Assembly: GCF_036323395.1 (NCBI RefSeq)
Contig: NZ_AP028907.1
Span: 570,001-602,000 of the forward strand
Length of the DNA: 32,000 nucleotides
Reading direction: 5' to 3'
From: Pyrodictium abyssi
GTDB lineage: Archaea > Thermoproteota > Thermoprotei_A > Sulfolobales > Pyrodictiaceae
Both the position numbers and the translations under genes were made by a program. The notes below the pieces were generated by a model. The model had not been told where the DNA came from, searched no databases, and was given only the letters and a program-made list of their open reading frames with translations. How positions within the stretch are numbered: the stretch's first letter is position 1; each line of letters begins with the position of its first letter. Below, in pieces: positions 9,196 to 18,275 of this stretch.

Positions 9196-9870
9196 ATGCT
9201 GCCCGTAGCCGCTGTAGCGGCCGCGCTCCTCGAGGCCAGCGAGGGCTGCGTCAACGCCGAGGAGCTGGCTGGGAGGCTGTTCCTCCGCCCAGGGCTGGTA
9301 CGGGCCGCGCTCGAGAGGCTCGCCGAGGCTGGGGGCCTAGAGCTCAGCGGCGACAGAGCGTGCATAGCCGACCGCGTGGAGCTCGCCCTCGCGGCTGTAC
9401 GGCTCGGGGTCCCGGAGACAGCTGTGGCCCGGGGCCTCGACTGGAGGATGTTCGAGGAGTACGCGGCCCGGGCCCTCCGGGAGGCGGGGTTCGAGGCCCG
9501 CCGGGGGCTCCGGCTCCACGGCCGCGGCGGCCTAGAGCTAGACGTGCTGGGGCTCGACCCCGCCGGGGGCCTCGCGGTGGCCATCGACTGTAAGCACTGG
9601 AGTCCCAGGGTCTCTACGCCCTCCCGGCTTCGCGCAGCCGCGGCCCGGCACCGGGCCAGGGTGGAGAGGCTCGCAGCCAGCTGGCGGCGGCTAGGCCTCC
9701 CCCAGGGCAGGTGGAGGATAGTGCCTGCGCTCCTCGTGCTAAGGGAGAGCGTCCCCAGGCTAGCCGAGGGCGTAGCAGTGGTGCCCGCTTCGCGGCTCCG
9801 CGGCTTCATAGAGGAGCTGCCCGTGCTAGCCGAGGAGCCCGCCATACACGTAGTGAGGCTCGAAGCGTGA
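9196..9870 (+). CDS. Probable PD-(D/E)XK nuclease-fold protein with N-terminal winged-helix-like segment
   Basis: In-frame ATG at 9196 inside ORF 8644..9870; FEEYAARALREAGFEARRGL...GGLELDVLGLDPAGGLAVAIDCKHWS. Confidence 0.65.
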   Translation: MLPVAAVAAALLEASEGCVNAEELAGRLFLRPGLVRAALERLAEAGGLELSGDRACIADRVELALAAVRLGVPETAVARGLDWRMFEEYAARALREAGFEARRGLRLHGRGGLELDVLGLDPAGGLAVAIDCKHWSPRVSTPSRLRAAAARHRARVERLAASWRRLGLPQGRWRIVPALLVLRESVPRLAEGVAVVPASRLRGFIEELPVLAEEPAIHVVRLEA

Positions 9871-9886
9871 GGCTCACTGGGGGCGG

Positions 9887-10333
9887 TCACGGCACTGTCT
9901 CGACTCCTAGCCTTCTCGCGAGCTTTCCCAGCTTCTCGTCGAATGTGGCGAGCACCGCGTCGTGGTACATCGCTGTGGAGAGTACTATGTAGTCGTTGAC
10001 CTCGCGCGGGCTTGCACTGTGCTCCTCTAGCAGTCTTAGAGCCTGGTATAGCACGGTAGGGGGCTCTGCCGGGTACCTGGCCCGGGGGTCTCCGAGGTAC
10101 TCCTGGAGCTTCTGTGCCACGAAGCCCGGCGGTACTCCGAGCTTCCTCACCATGACCCAGATATACTCGTGGAGCACTATAGACGGGAGTATAATCTCGC
10201 CAGCGGAGTCTATTATGTCCACAGCTTCTCCGTGGTGAGGGCTATCCTCGACTGTCTCGTAGACAAGTACGTTCGTGTCAGGGAGAAGTGGCTTCGTCGA
10301 GGAGCTCCTCGATGGCCTCCTCGATCTCCTCAA
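9887..10333 (-). CDS. PIN-domain toxin (VapC-like)
   Basis: LLPDTNVLVYE...ILPSIVLHEYIW...EVNDYIVLSTAMYHDAVLATFDEKLGKLARRLG; N-terminal residues upstream of about 10300 may be overlap with the antitoxin ORF. Confidence 0.82.
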   Translation of the reverse strand: MRRSRRPSRSSSTKPLLPDTNVLVYETVEDSPHHGEAVDIIDSAGEIILPSIVLHEYIWVMVRKLGVPPGFVAQKLQEYLGDPRARYPAEPPTVLYQALRLLEEHSASPREVNDYIVLSTAMYHDAVLATFDEKLGKLARRLGVETVP

Positions 10334-10538
10334 CTGTTATCCTCCTCCCGAGCCTTATCGTGAGCCTCTTACGCCTTATCGGGATGATCTTGATCACACC
10401 CTCATCTTCGTCGTAGAGCACCTCAACTAGGTCACCCTCCCTTATATTGGCCTTAGCCCTTACGGCAGCTGGTATGGTCACCTGGTAGTTCCGTGTAACC
10501 TTAACCACTTCACCCAAGCTATCCCTAGTAGTGGTCAT
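10278..10538 (-). CDS. AbrB/SpoVT-type antitoxin (VapB-like)
   Basis: VVKVTRNYQVTIPAAVRAKANIREGDLVEVLYDED, overlapping the PIN gene on the same strand. Confidence 0.85.
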   Translation of the reverse strand: MTTTRDSLGEVVKVTRNYQVTIPAAVRAKANIREGDLVEVLYDEDEGVIKIIPIRRKRLTIRLGRRITVEEIEEAIEELLDEATSP

Positions 10539-10618
10539 AACTCTACTAGTAGATAAGAGTTTCTACTAGGAGCCAAGGCGTGCACTAGGCTGTAACAAGC
10601 TTTGAACACCTAACACTT

Positions 10619-11677
10619 ATGGCGCCCATTCAAGGGGTCCTAGGAGGGGATCCGGGTCTGCCGGCTGAGGTTCTCGGGTGTAGGGTCTACCTGAACCGGC
10701 TAGCCGGGCCGGAGCCCCTGCTGGTTGCAGACTGCACTGTGGCCGGCACGGTGGCCTCTAGGGACGAGGCCCGTGCTGGGCTAGAGAGCCTCCTCCGGCT
10801 CCTAGGCGAGGTGCTCGGCCCGGGCGGGCTCGAGCCCGTGGACTATGGCGTGGAGCCGCTCGCGCGCCGGAGGTTCACTGTGCATAGTAGCCGGCTGCGG
10901 GGCGGCGGCGAGGCCCGGCTCGTGGAGGCCCGGGGCACAGCGCTAGCGGCCGCAGCAGTGCTCCCCGCGGGCACGGTGGCCCGGGTGGACCCCGGCGCCA
11001 GGGAGAGGCTCGAGAGGGGCGAGGCCATTAGGCTGGGCGAGGCCCTAGAGCCGCCCGTCTACCTCCCCGGGCCCGTGCTCGAGCCCGGCGACGGCAGGCC
11101 GGCCGGCCAGAAGGCTATACCGCGCTTCGTCACCTACGCCGCCGAGGGGCTCCCCGGGGCCACGCCCAGCACCCCGGCTATACGGGTCTACACGCCCCAG
11201 GGCACGTACGTCGTGGACCAGGAGGCCCTCCTGGAGGCGGCTGGGTGGCTTGTGCTAGACATGCACTGCGTCACGGGCTGGAGCGTCGAGGGGAAGCGCT
11301 GGCTCGCTGCCCCGCTACGCGAGGTCCTCCGCCGCGCTGGCGCCCCGGTGCCCAGCGGGGGCTGGCTGCTGGCCCGCAGCGCCGGGGGCTACTCCTCCGT
11401 CGCTCCGCTCGGGGAGGCCCTCGAGCACGGCTACATAGCCGTGGGCCTGGAGGGCGGGCCGCTCAGCCAGGACCGCGGCGCGCCGGCGAGGCTGCTGCTC
11501 CCCAGGCTCTATGGCTGGAAGCACGCCAAGTGGCTCGCCGAGATACACATCCTCACAGGCTACGTCGACGGCTACTGGGAGGCAAGGGGCTACCACGAGC
11601 GCGGCCTCGTAGCCCTAGAGGAGCGGTTCAAGATCCGCAACCCAGAGCTCCTGGAGGCGGCCGCGCGGCAGGCGTGA
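10619..11677 (+). CDS. Sulfite oxidase/MsrP-fold molybdopterin-dependent oxidoreductase-like protein
   Basis: VLDMHCVTGWSVEGKRWLAAPLREVLRRAG ... GGYSSVAPLGEAL ... GAPARLLLPRLYGWKHAKWLAEIHI; single conserved Cys candidate. Confidence 0.8.
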   Translation: MAPIQGVLGGDPGLPAEVLGCRVYLNRLAGPEPLLVADCTVAGTVASRDEARAGLESLLRLLGEVLGPGGLEPVDYGVEPLARRRFTVHSSRLRGGGEARLVEARGTALAAAAVLPAGTVARVDPGARERLERGEAIRLGEALEPPVYLPGPVLEPGDGRPAGQKAIPRFVTYAAEGLPGATPSTPAIRVYTPQGTYVVDQEALLEAAGWLVLDMHCVTGWSVEGKRWLAAPLREVLRRAGAPVPSGGWLLARSAGGYSSVAPLGEALEHGYIAVGLEGGPLSQDRGAPARLLLPRLYGWKHAKWLAEIHILTGYVDGYWEARGYHERGLVALEERFKIRNPELLEAAARQA

Positions 11678-11780
11678 GAGGGCCCCGGAGGGTAGATAGG
11701 AGGGCACGCGTAGCCACGCTCCTAGTCCGGATAGAGGGGGCGCAGCAGAGGCTCAGCCGAGCAGGGGGTGCCGGCAGACA

Positions 11781-12218
11781 TTGGCGCGCGTGAGGGTTGA
11801 GGCGGAGGCGCGGCCCACCGAGGACGTGGAGAAGGTCAAGCGCGCTATACTCAATGTGTTTGCGCCGGACCGGCTCTGGGTCGAGGACCTGGGCCGCGGC
11901 TACCGGCTCGTGGTAGCCGAGTCGTATAGCCTGCGGGGGCTGCTGCGGCTCCACGAGAGGCTGCGCCGCGAGCGGATACTCGACGCTGCGCGGGGCTACA
12001 TGCTCCGCGGGATAGACCGGGGCGTCCTGGTGTTCCGGCTGAACAAGCAGGCCGCCTACGTTGGCCGCGTAAGCCTCGTGGACATGGACGCTGAGGCGGC
12101 CCTGGGCCCGATAACCTTCATCGTGGAGCACCGGGACCCGAGGGCGGTCGTAGACTGGCTAGCGCCCCCGACCCGTATGGGCCGGCCGCTTTACGAGAAC
12201 CCCATGCCCGAGGACTAG
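11781..12218 (+). CDS. UPF0201 (DUF54) archaeal RNA-binding-like protein
   Basis: VEAEARPTEDVEKVKRAILNVF...LRERLRRERILDAARGYMLRG-type pattern...KQAAYVGRVSLVD...LGPITFIVEHRDPRAVVDWLAPPT; TTG start. Confidence 0.8.
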   Translation: MARVRVEAEARPTEDVEKVKRAILNVFAPDRLWVEDLGRGYRLVVAESYSLRGLLRLHERLRRERILDAARGYMLRGIDRGVLVFRLNKQAAYVGRVSLVDMDAEAALGPITFIVEHRDPRAVVDWLAPPTRMGRPLYENPMPED

Positions 12219-12307
12219 GGCTGGGCAAGCCCCCAGGCTGCAGCCCGGCTGCTTCTACGCCCCAGCGGCCCCGGCGGGGCTGGAAGCCTATTTACATGTT
12301 GTAGAAA

Positions 12308-12529
12308 GTGGATGCCGTCGGGGAGACCGTGTCTAGGGTTATACGTGCCCGCTACGAGAAGGGCGTGCTGAAGCCCCTAGAAGAGCTGGGGCTCGAGGAA
12401 GGCGAGGAGGTTGAGATCGTTATAAGGAGGAGAGCCTACGCTAAGAAGCTCCTAGGCAAGTACAGGGTTGAGGGGCTCCCTTCGGACAAGCATCTACTGC
12501 TAGACGAGGTCTACGGCGGTGAAGCCTAG
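12308..12529 (+). CDS. DUF104-family antitoxin
   Basis: SRVIRARYEKGVLKPLEELGLEEGEEVEIVIRR, overlapping a PIN-domain ORF. Confidence 0.82.
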   Translation: MDAVGETVSRVIRARYEKGVLKPLEELGLEEGEEVEIVIRRRAYAKKLLGKYRVEGLPSDKHLLLDEVYGGEA

Positions 12530-12975
12530 AGCGTGCCTCGATACAACTATTCTCGTGGACTACCTCGTTAACGGTGTTGACAACATATCAAGGTACGCTA
12601 CCGTGTATAGGCTCGTGGTCCCCTCGTCCGTGCTATGGGAGACCACCTATATCCTCCTCAAGGCCAAGGCTATGCGGGACACGGGGATCCGTAGACACCT
12701 TCGAGGTCATCAGGTACCTACGGGGAAACCCCGGCTTACGTGAAGAACGCTACTAGGGAGATACACGGAGATATCCACGCCCTCCTCGGGTCCTACGGTG
12801 TCCGCGTCCTGGGAGTCCCGCGTTACGGGGAGATGGTGGAGGAGATGGAGAGGTACGGGCTACTGCCCAGCGATGCTCTCGTCGTGCTACCTGTAGGAGG
12901 CACGGCGTAAATATACTCATAACCAGGGATGAGGACTTCAAGAGGGTGGATTTCCTCCGCGTGATTATACCCTAG
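12519..12975 (+). pseudogene. PIN-domain toxin (VapC-like) spread over several frames
   Basis: LDTTILVDYLVNGV (12519 frame), DTFEVIRYLRGNPG (second frame), YVKNATREIHGDIHALLGSYGVRVLGVPRYGEMVEEMERYGLLPSDALVV (third), ATCRRHGVNILITRDEDFKRVDFLRVIIP* ending 12975. Confidence 0.7.
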
Positions 12976-13105
12976 CTCTACGCCAGTAGCCACGGCTGTA
13001 CCGCGTCTCCGGTGCTGCCGCCCTGTAGCTGCTGTGCGTATGTACTTCCCACGTCCATTCGGAGACCCGGGGCTGGCTAGGAGGGTGTGCGGGGAAAGAG
13101 CCCTG

Positions 13106-13873
13106 CTAGAGGCCTAGCTGCTCTAGGAGCTTCCTGGCTATCTGCTCTGTGTCCCTGGCCATCTCGGTGGCTAGGAGCTTCTCGGGGCTGCCTAGGGCGT
13201 CTTCTACGCCTGGGTCGTAGCGTATGCGGCCTAGGTAGCGGGCCTTGTACCGCTCGGCGAGCTCCTCGAGGCTGCCTGGGCCTGTGGCCATGTTCTCTAC
13301 GAGGTAGCGGTCTACGCCCTGCTCTTCTAGGATGGCTAGTAGCCGTTCAACGCCTACGCGGGCTAGCCGGGAGGGGGTGGCGACGGCTAGGACTCTGGGC
13401 CCGGGGAGGTACTCGAGTGTGTCGAGGGCCTCGTCGCGGAGCCCCGGCGGGGTGTCCACGACGAGGAGGTCTAGCTCGCCCCAGTTGGTGACCGCTAGCA
13501 CCTCCCGGATCGCGTCGTCTACGGCGTGGCCGCGGAGCGGGGTCGGCTTATCCCAGGTGTAGAACGCTACGGTCATGAACCTGACGCCCGCCACCTCTGG
13601 GGGTACTACGCCGTCCCTCTCCTCGGGCTGGAGCCTCCTCGGGTCGACGCCGAGGGCTATGTGGGCGGAGGGGCTGGTGACGTCGAGGTCTAGGAGGCCT
13701 ACCCGGCGGCCCATCCGGGCCGCGTGGAGCGCGGTCAGCACCGCTACCAGGGTCTTGCCGACGCCGCCCTTAGCGCTCATAACCGGGACTACCGCCTTCA
13801 CCCTGGAGAGCATCAGCCTGGCCCCGGCCAGCCGGGGGTCGATGGAGCCCATACGCTCCACGCCCGGCGTCAC
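13106..13873 (-). CDS. hypB: Mrp/MinD-type P-loop ATPase, probable atypical hydrogenase maturation factor HypB
   Basis: PVMSAKGGVGKTLVAVLTALHAARMG (deviant Walker A), LDLLVVDTPPGLRDEAL; GTG 13873 overlaps the hypA stop (GTGA). Confidence 0.78.
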   Translation of the reverse strand: MTPGVERMGSIDPRLAGARLMLSRVKAVVPVMSAKGGVGKTLVAVLTALHAARMGRRVGLLDLDVTSPSAHIALGVDPRRLQPEERDGVVPPEVAGVRFMTVAFYTWDKPTPLRGHAVDDAIREVLAVTNWGELDLLVVDTPPGLRDEALDTLEYLPGPRVLAVATPSRLARVGVERLLAILEEQGVDRYLVENMATGPGSLEELAERYKARYLGRIRYDPGVEDALGSPEKLLATEMARDTEQIARKLLEQLGL

Positions 13874-14277
13874 CCCGCGGTCTCCTCCGAGCGCTTGACG
13901 GCTAGGGCTAGGCGGACGCCGCGGCCACTGGTTATCTCGTAGTCGCGGCTCCCGCAGAACGGGCAGCGGACGAAGCTGTAGACCGCCTCGGGGACGAAGT
14001 GTATGGCCTCGCGCGTGGCCTCGTCGAGCTCCACGGCGTCTAGGCCCCACTCGCGGCCGCAGACGCGGCAGCGGAACCGGGCGGGCTCTGTCTCGTAGCG
14101 CACCCGGGCCCCGGGCGCGATCTGGGGCAGAGCCTCGCCCAGGTAGGTCTCGACAACCCCCCGGTCGACGTTCTGGAGCTCGCCGAGGTAGACGACTATC
14201 TCCTCCAGCTCGTAGCCCCTCTTGACGGCCTCCTCGACCTCGGCTATAATGGCGCGTATGAGGGCCCACTCGTGCAA
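13870..14277 (-). CDS. hypA: Hydrogenase nickel incorporation protein HypA
   Basis: MHEWALIRAII N-terminus; zinc site CRVCGREW ... CPFCGSRDYEI. Confidence 0.92.
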   Translation of the reverse strand: MHEWALIRAIIAEVEEAVKRGYELEEIVVYLGELQNVDRGVVETYLGEALPQIAPGARVRYETEPARFRCRVCGREWGLDAVELDEATREAIHFVPEAVYSFVRCPFCGSRDYEITSGRGVRLALAVKRSEETAG

Positions 14278-14330
14278 GAACCCGGCACACCCAGGGAGGA
14301 CGGGAGGTGCACCAAGAGGGGTTGAAGAGC

Positions 14331-14765
14331 CTAGCCCCCGTCGCTACACCTGCTAGCTACGCGCAGGATGCGGAGCGCCAGCAGCGCCGCGTTCTCCGCC
14401 GCGCCTATACCCACCCCGGCCACCGGCACGCCGCGCGGCATCTGGACTATCGAGAGCAGCGCGTCCACGCCCCGCAGCGGCCCTGCCGGCACCGGCACGC
14501 CTATGACCGGCTTAGCGGTCCGGGACGCTATGTAGCCGGGCAGCGCCGCCGAGAGCCCCGCCATGGCTATGTACACGTCTATCCCCTCGTCGTTCTCCCT
14601 AATGTAGCGGTCCAGCGCCTCCGGGTCCCGGTGCGCGCTAAGCACCCGCACCTCCGTCTCCACCCCAGCCTCCCTGAGCACCCTCTCCGCCCGCTCAGCA
14701 TACTCCATGTCGCTCCGGCTCCCGATGATGATGGCCACCCGGCCACGGCACGCAGAGCCGGACAC
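14331..14765 (-). CDS. purE: N5-carboxyaminoimidazole ribonucleotide mutase / AIR carboxylase catalytic subunit
   Basis: [50 protein letters not shown]. Confidence 0.93.
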   Translation of the reverse strand: MSGSACRGRVAIIIGSRSDMEYAERAERVLREAGVETEVRVLSAHRDPEALDRYIRENDEGIDVYIAMAGLSAALPGYIASRTAKPVIGVPVPAGPLRGVDALLSIVQMPRGVPVAGVGIGAAENAALLALRILRVASRCSDGG

Positions 14766-14883
14766 AGCCCGTCTACACCCCCACGTACACGCCTCCCCTG
14801 GGGCCCACTTGGGGCGGGCCCAGGGCCTCTACGCGGCCAAGTGCCAAGCCAGAGGGCTATAAAAGGCCTGGGGACAGCCCGGG

Positions 14884-15272
14884 GTGCACGGCTACGCGGG
14901 GATAGCTCTGCGAGGCGCCCGGGACCCCGGAGCTAAACGTTATCCCCGGGCTCAGCGAGACAGCCTTGCATGGTTCGTATGGGCGGTAGCTGTGGCAAAG
15001 AAGCGAGGCGCTCTAGCCATAGTTATCCCGGAGGACATTGTGGCTGCTGCAAAGGCCCCCGGGCAGGAGTTCGAGCGCGTAGCCAGGATAGAGCTTGCAG
15101 TGGCGCTGTACGCTCACGGGATACCCGGCCTCGGCCAGGCTCGGAGGCTCGCAGGACTGTCGAAGCGGGCTTCCTCGAGGAGCTAGCCCGGAGAGGCATA
15201 GAGAGGCACTATACCGAGGAGGAGCTAGAGGATGACCTCCAGTTCGCCGAGGCGCAGGCTAGTAGTGTCTAA
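14884..15272 (+). CDS. UPF0175-family small protein (antitoxin-like), apparent frame break near 15168
   Basis: LAIVIPEDIVAAAKAPGQEFERVARIELAVALYAHGIPGLGQARRLAGLSK in the first frame, then GFLEELARRGIERHYTEEELEDDLQFAEAQ in 14970..15272; the coding part probably starts about 15010. Confidence 0.65.
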
Positions 15273-15310
15273 CAGTAGTCCTCTCATCCGCTTAGTCTCA
15301 TTCACTAGGC

Positions 15311-15886
15311 CTAGCTGGCTCTGCCGCGCTGTACGCGGCCGCGGATTCTCCTAGCCCCGAGCACGGCGAGCACAGTGCCTACGAGCCACACTGCTTCGCC
15401 CGGCAGTCCGCCCCACGGGAGGAACCCGAGCGGTAGCCCAGCGAGCTGGAGAGCTACACCAGCCCGGACCATGCGGCCGCAGGGCTCGCTTCCCAGCCTC
15501 CAGAGACCCACAGCTACTAGCATCGTGCCCACAAACCCTGCCACAATGCCGGCAAAGGCTAGCGCCATAGCCGCGAACACGAGCATGCTGGCGTAGCCGC
15601 CGAGGGACGACGCGCAGCCAGCAGAGGCTGCACGGCCAGCAGCCAAGGCGAGCCCCGCAATAGCTAGCGCCATCAGGGCTAGGCTAGCAGCTTCGAGCCT
15701 GGCGCCGGTCAGGCCTACGCCGTAGCCCGGCCGGTAGAGCCTCAGCAAGCCAAACCCCTTCCAGAGAAGGTAGACCGGCAGGGAGTAGACCGCGAGATGC
15801 GCGAAGACCGCGATAAAGACCCCCACAGGCGGCGGGCCCTCAGCAGCCCGGGGAGCCCTATCCAGCACCGCTACAGGATAGTCCAC
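15311..15886 (-). CDS. Small multi-pass membrane protein of unknown function
   Basis: 191 aa with about 5 hydrophobic segments. Confidence 0.6.
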   Translation of the reverse strand: MDYPVAVLDRAPRAAEGPPPVGVFIAVFAHLAVYSLPVYLLWKGFGLLRLYRPGYGVGLTGARLEAASLALMALAIAGLALAAGRAASAGCASSLGGYASMLVFAAMALAFAGIVAGFVGTMLVAVGLWRLGSEPCGRMVRAGVALQLAGLPLGFLPWGGLPGEAVWLVGTVLAVLGARRIRGRVQRGRAS

Positions 15887-15992
15887 GAAGACAATAGCTC
15901 TATTACGAACATCTTGTAGAACGCCCTGTCATCCTCGCCCGGCACGACTATAAGAACGCGCTTCACCGTCATTGCGGGCGTTCCTCCCGCCC

Positions 15993-17365
15993 CTAGGCTC
16001 TGCGGAGGTCTAGGGCCGGCTCTTCCACCATGCCTAGCGCGTCCTCGCCCTCCCAGGAGCCCTTCACCGTGACCCTGCCGCGTACGAGCTGGAGGTGCTT
16101 GACCACAGTTCCCCCAGTACCCCGGCCTCCCTTGCCGCGTGGAGGAGGGCCTTCAGCATCTCTATGCTCTGCGTTGCTACGAGCACCTGGTTCCCCCTCA
16201 GCCACTATGCTGGCTACGAGCCCCGCAACAGCCTCGAGGCCGTCAGGGTGCACAAAGGCCTCCGGAGTATCCACCAGGGCCAGGGAGCCACGCGGCGAAG
16301 CAGCATAGAGGAGTCCCAGGAGCACAGCAGCACGCTGCCCATCACTCAGCCGGTAGACGCTTATCCTCCTGCCACAGGTGCTCCTCGCGTGCAGCTCGCG
16401 GCCAATTAGCTCAAAGCCACTAAACCGGGGTATGAAGGCCCGCAGGAGCCGCACTGCGTCCCGCTCCCTGGGCAGCCCGCGCTGCTTGACACTGTCGTAG
16501 TAGAGGGACTCGAACATGAACGGGCGATACGCGAAACCCGGGTGAAACACAAGGATACTCTTCCTTGTATCTAATGGTGTACTCCTCTCGAAGCGACGGC
16601 TTGCCGCCATAGAGTGTATAAGCCAAGTACAGATTGCCCTTATAGAGTCGAATGTATGAGGGAAGTGCCCCTCTAGCACCAAAACGGGGAGACGTTGAAA
16701 GCTCGTATTCCTCTCCTAGCACGTCATGTAGCATATGCAGCAGGTCGCTCAACCTGATCCTTATACTCAGAGAACCATATGGAAACTCATTCATTATTTC
16801 TTCTATGCCTTGATAGAATGACTCAATCACACGAAGCGTATCCTTCAATGTTAAGCTATAGGCTTCCGAATCGACTATTCTTCCAACAATATGGGGTCTT
16901 ATACGCGTAAACATATGATCCAGCGACAGAGGGTCGGCAGCCTTAACCAGTATCGCTTACACGTTCTATGCCATAATCTTCGCCATTCCCGCTCTCTTCT
17001 GATTCTCTAACGAGACCGGCTAAGAACGATGGAATCGCAGTCTGTTGCCTCATAGTCCTTATCATTGCAAGCGCCGGTGCTATGCTCTCCCCATGCCCTG
17101 TCAGTGCAACGGTATAGCCTAGAGCCTCTAGAAGCGACGTCTTACCAGACGCATTGCGGCCCACTATGATGGTGAAGCGCTGGAGACCGTTGACATCTAC
17201 CTCTAGGCCCTCCAGCTCGCCTTCGCTAATGTACGGTAGATATGCCTTAACCTCTTCTATATGTGTCACAGCCACCTCTACCCCAAAGACACGACTATAC
17301 CGAGAAGCACAATAAATGGTCCTATGCCGAGAAAAGCCGGTACCTCGGTTAGGCTCTATCCGCAT
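15993..17365 (-). CDS. OLD/AAA_21-like ATPase fragmented into three ORFs plus a C-terminal shift
   Basis: Walker A IIVGRNASGKTSLLEALG (16943..17365); middle AILVKAADPLSLDHMFTRIRPHIVG (16420..16914 frame); YRLSDGQRAAVLLGLLYAASPRGSLALVDTPEAFVHPDGLEAVAGLVASIVAEG (15993..16682) then, in another frame, NQVLVATQSIEMLKALL. Confidence 0.7.
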
Positions 17366-17578
17366 TAGGTTGTATATAGCGAGAATCCCAGTATCTCAGC
17401 AAAGACTAGACTACATCCTACTTCAACGCTGAGAAGACCGGGCTACAGAGCCACCAGCTACAACAGAATACAGCAAGCACACTATAATGCCACATAGCAA
17501 CGATAGCAAATTAATAGCAAATTACTATGTTTATCCTAGTGCCCCTTCTGCCGGGTAGTCCCGATTCTTGCCTATGCT

Positions 17579-18253
17579 CTAGGCTTGGCGGGCTATAATG
17601 CTTCTTATGAGCTGCTGGTAGCGTCTCGCGGCAGGTGTGTCGGCTAGGTCGAGCTTGTCTAGCGCCGCTCTAACGTCTATGCCGCAGTGGCGTTCTGCCG
17701 GGACGAGTACTGGTGTCCCGCCTCCCCCGGCGCAGGCTGCTAGGAAGAGGACTGGCTCGTACTTGGCGTAGTCGCGGGAGCAGCGGCTGCTGGGGCAGCG
17801 GCTGCATGCCTGCGGCGCCTCTGCCGGCTCGTAGCTGTACTTCTCCTCGAGCATCTCCCCTAGCACGTCCTCTACTGTGCCGCGGCAGGGGCTGCCGCTG
17901 CACCAGAACGATATGTAGCTGGTCCTCCGCGCCCCCTGGCTCACAACCGTTACCTCGAGGAGCGGGGGCGGCTGCGGGCCGCGCTTCAGCCTGGTCTCGA
18001 CGGCTAGTCCTCGCCTCTTCGCGTGCCTCTCCAGCACCCTGATGACCTCTTGCACCCGCTTGTCGACGCCTGCGTCGGCGTCGATAATGCCTAGTATCGT
18101 TGCCCGGGAAGCAGCTAGCCCCACCGTCTGCCTCACCACGCCCGTCCATCCCCCGGCTAGCTCGGCCTCGGCGTCTACGCCAGCCTTGCCCGCGAGCCAC
18201 TCGGCTAGAGCAGCGTCGAGGCAGCCCTCGACCAGGATGCGGAGCCTCGCCAT
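17579..18253 (-). CDS. TOPRIM-like protein (DUF3226-like), partner of an OLD-like ATPase
   Basis: LRILVEGCLDAALAEWLAGKAG ... ATILGIIDADAGVDKRVQEVIRVLERH, matching the E...DxD layout of TOPRIM; adjacent to the ATPase at 18276. Confidence 0.6.
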   Translation of the reverse strand: MARLRILVEGCLDAALAEWLAGKAGVDAEAELAGGWTGVVRQTVGLAASRATILGIIDADAGVDKRVQEVIRVLERHAKRRGLAVETRLKRGPQPPPLLEVTVVSQGARRTSYISFWCSGSPCRGTVEDVLGEMLEEKYSYEPAEAPQACSRCPSSRCSRDYAKYEPVLFLAACAGGGGTPVLVPAERHCGIDVRAALDKLDLADTPAARRYQQLIRSIIARQA

Positions 18254-18275
18254 ATCCCGGGGGCCCTCCCAGGGG

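Noticed and set aside
9165-9890. 241 aa minus-strand ORF
   Set aside because: Antisense to the PD-(D/E)XK-like gene 9196..9870; Ser/Thr/Arg-rich shadow translation.
11245-12131. ORFs 11245..11793 (+), 11315..11596 (-), 11628..12131 (-)
   Set aside because: Overlap the well-supported sulfite-oxidase-fold and UPF0201 genes in other frames without recognisable motifs.
13087-13491. 134 aa plus-strand ORF (and 13332..13562, 13575..13898)
   Set aside because: Antisense to the Mrp-type ATPase; low-complexity Arg/Gly/Leu composition.
14307-14936. 209 aa plus-strand ORF opposite purE
   Set aside because: purE is unequivocal; this is a shadow ORF.
17670-18200. 176 aa minus-strand ORF
   Set aside because: Alternative frame of the TOPRIM-like gene, Arg/Gly/Ala-rich.
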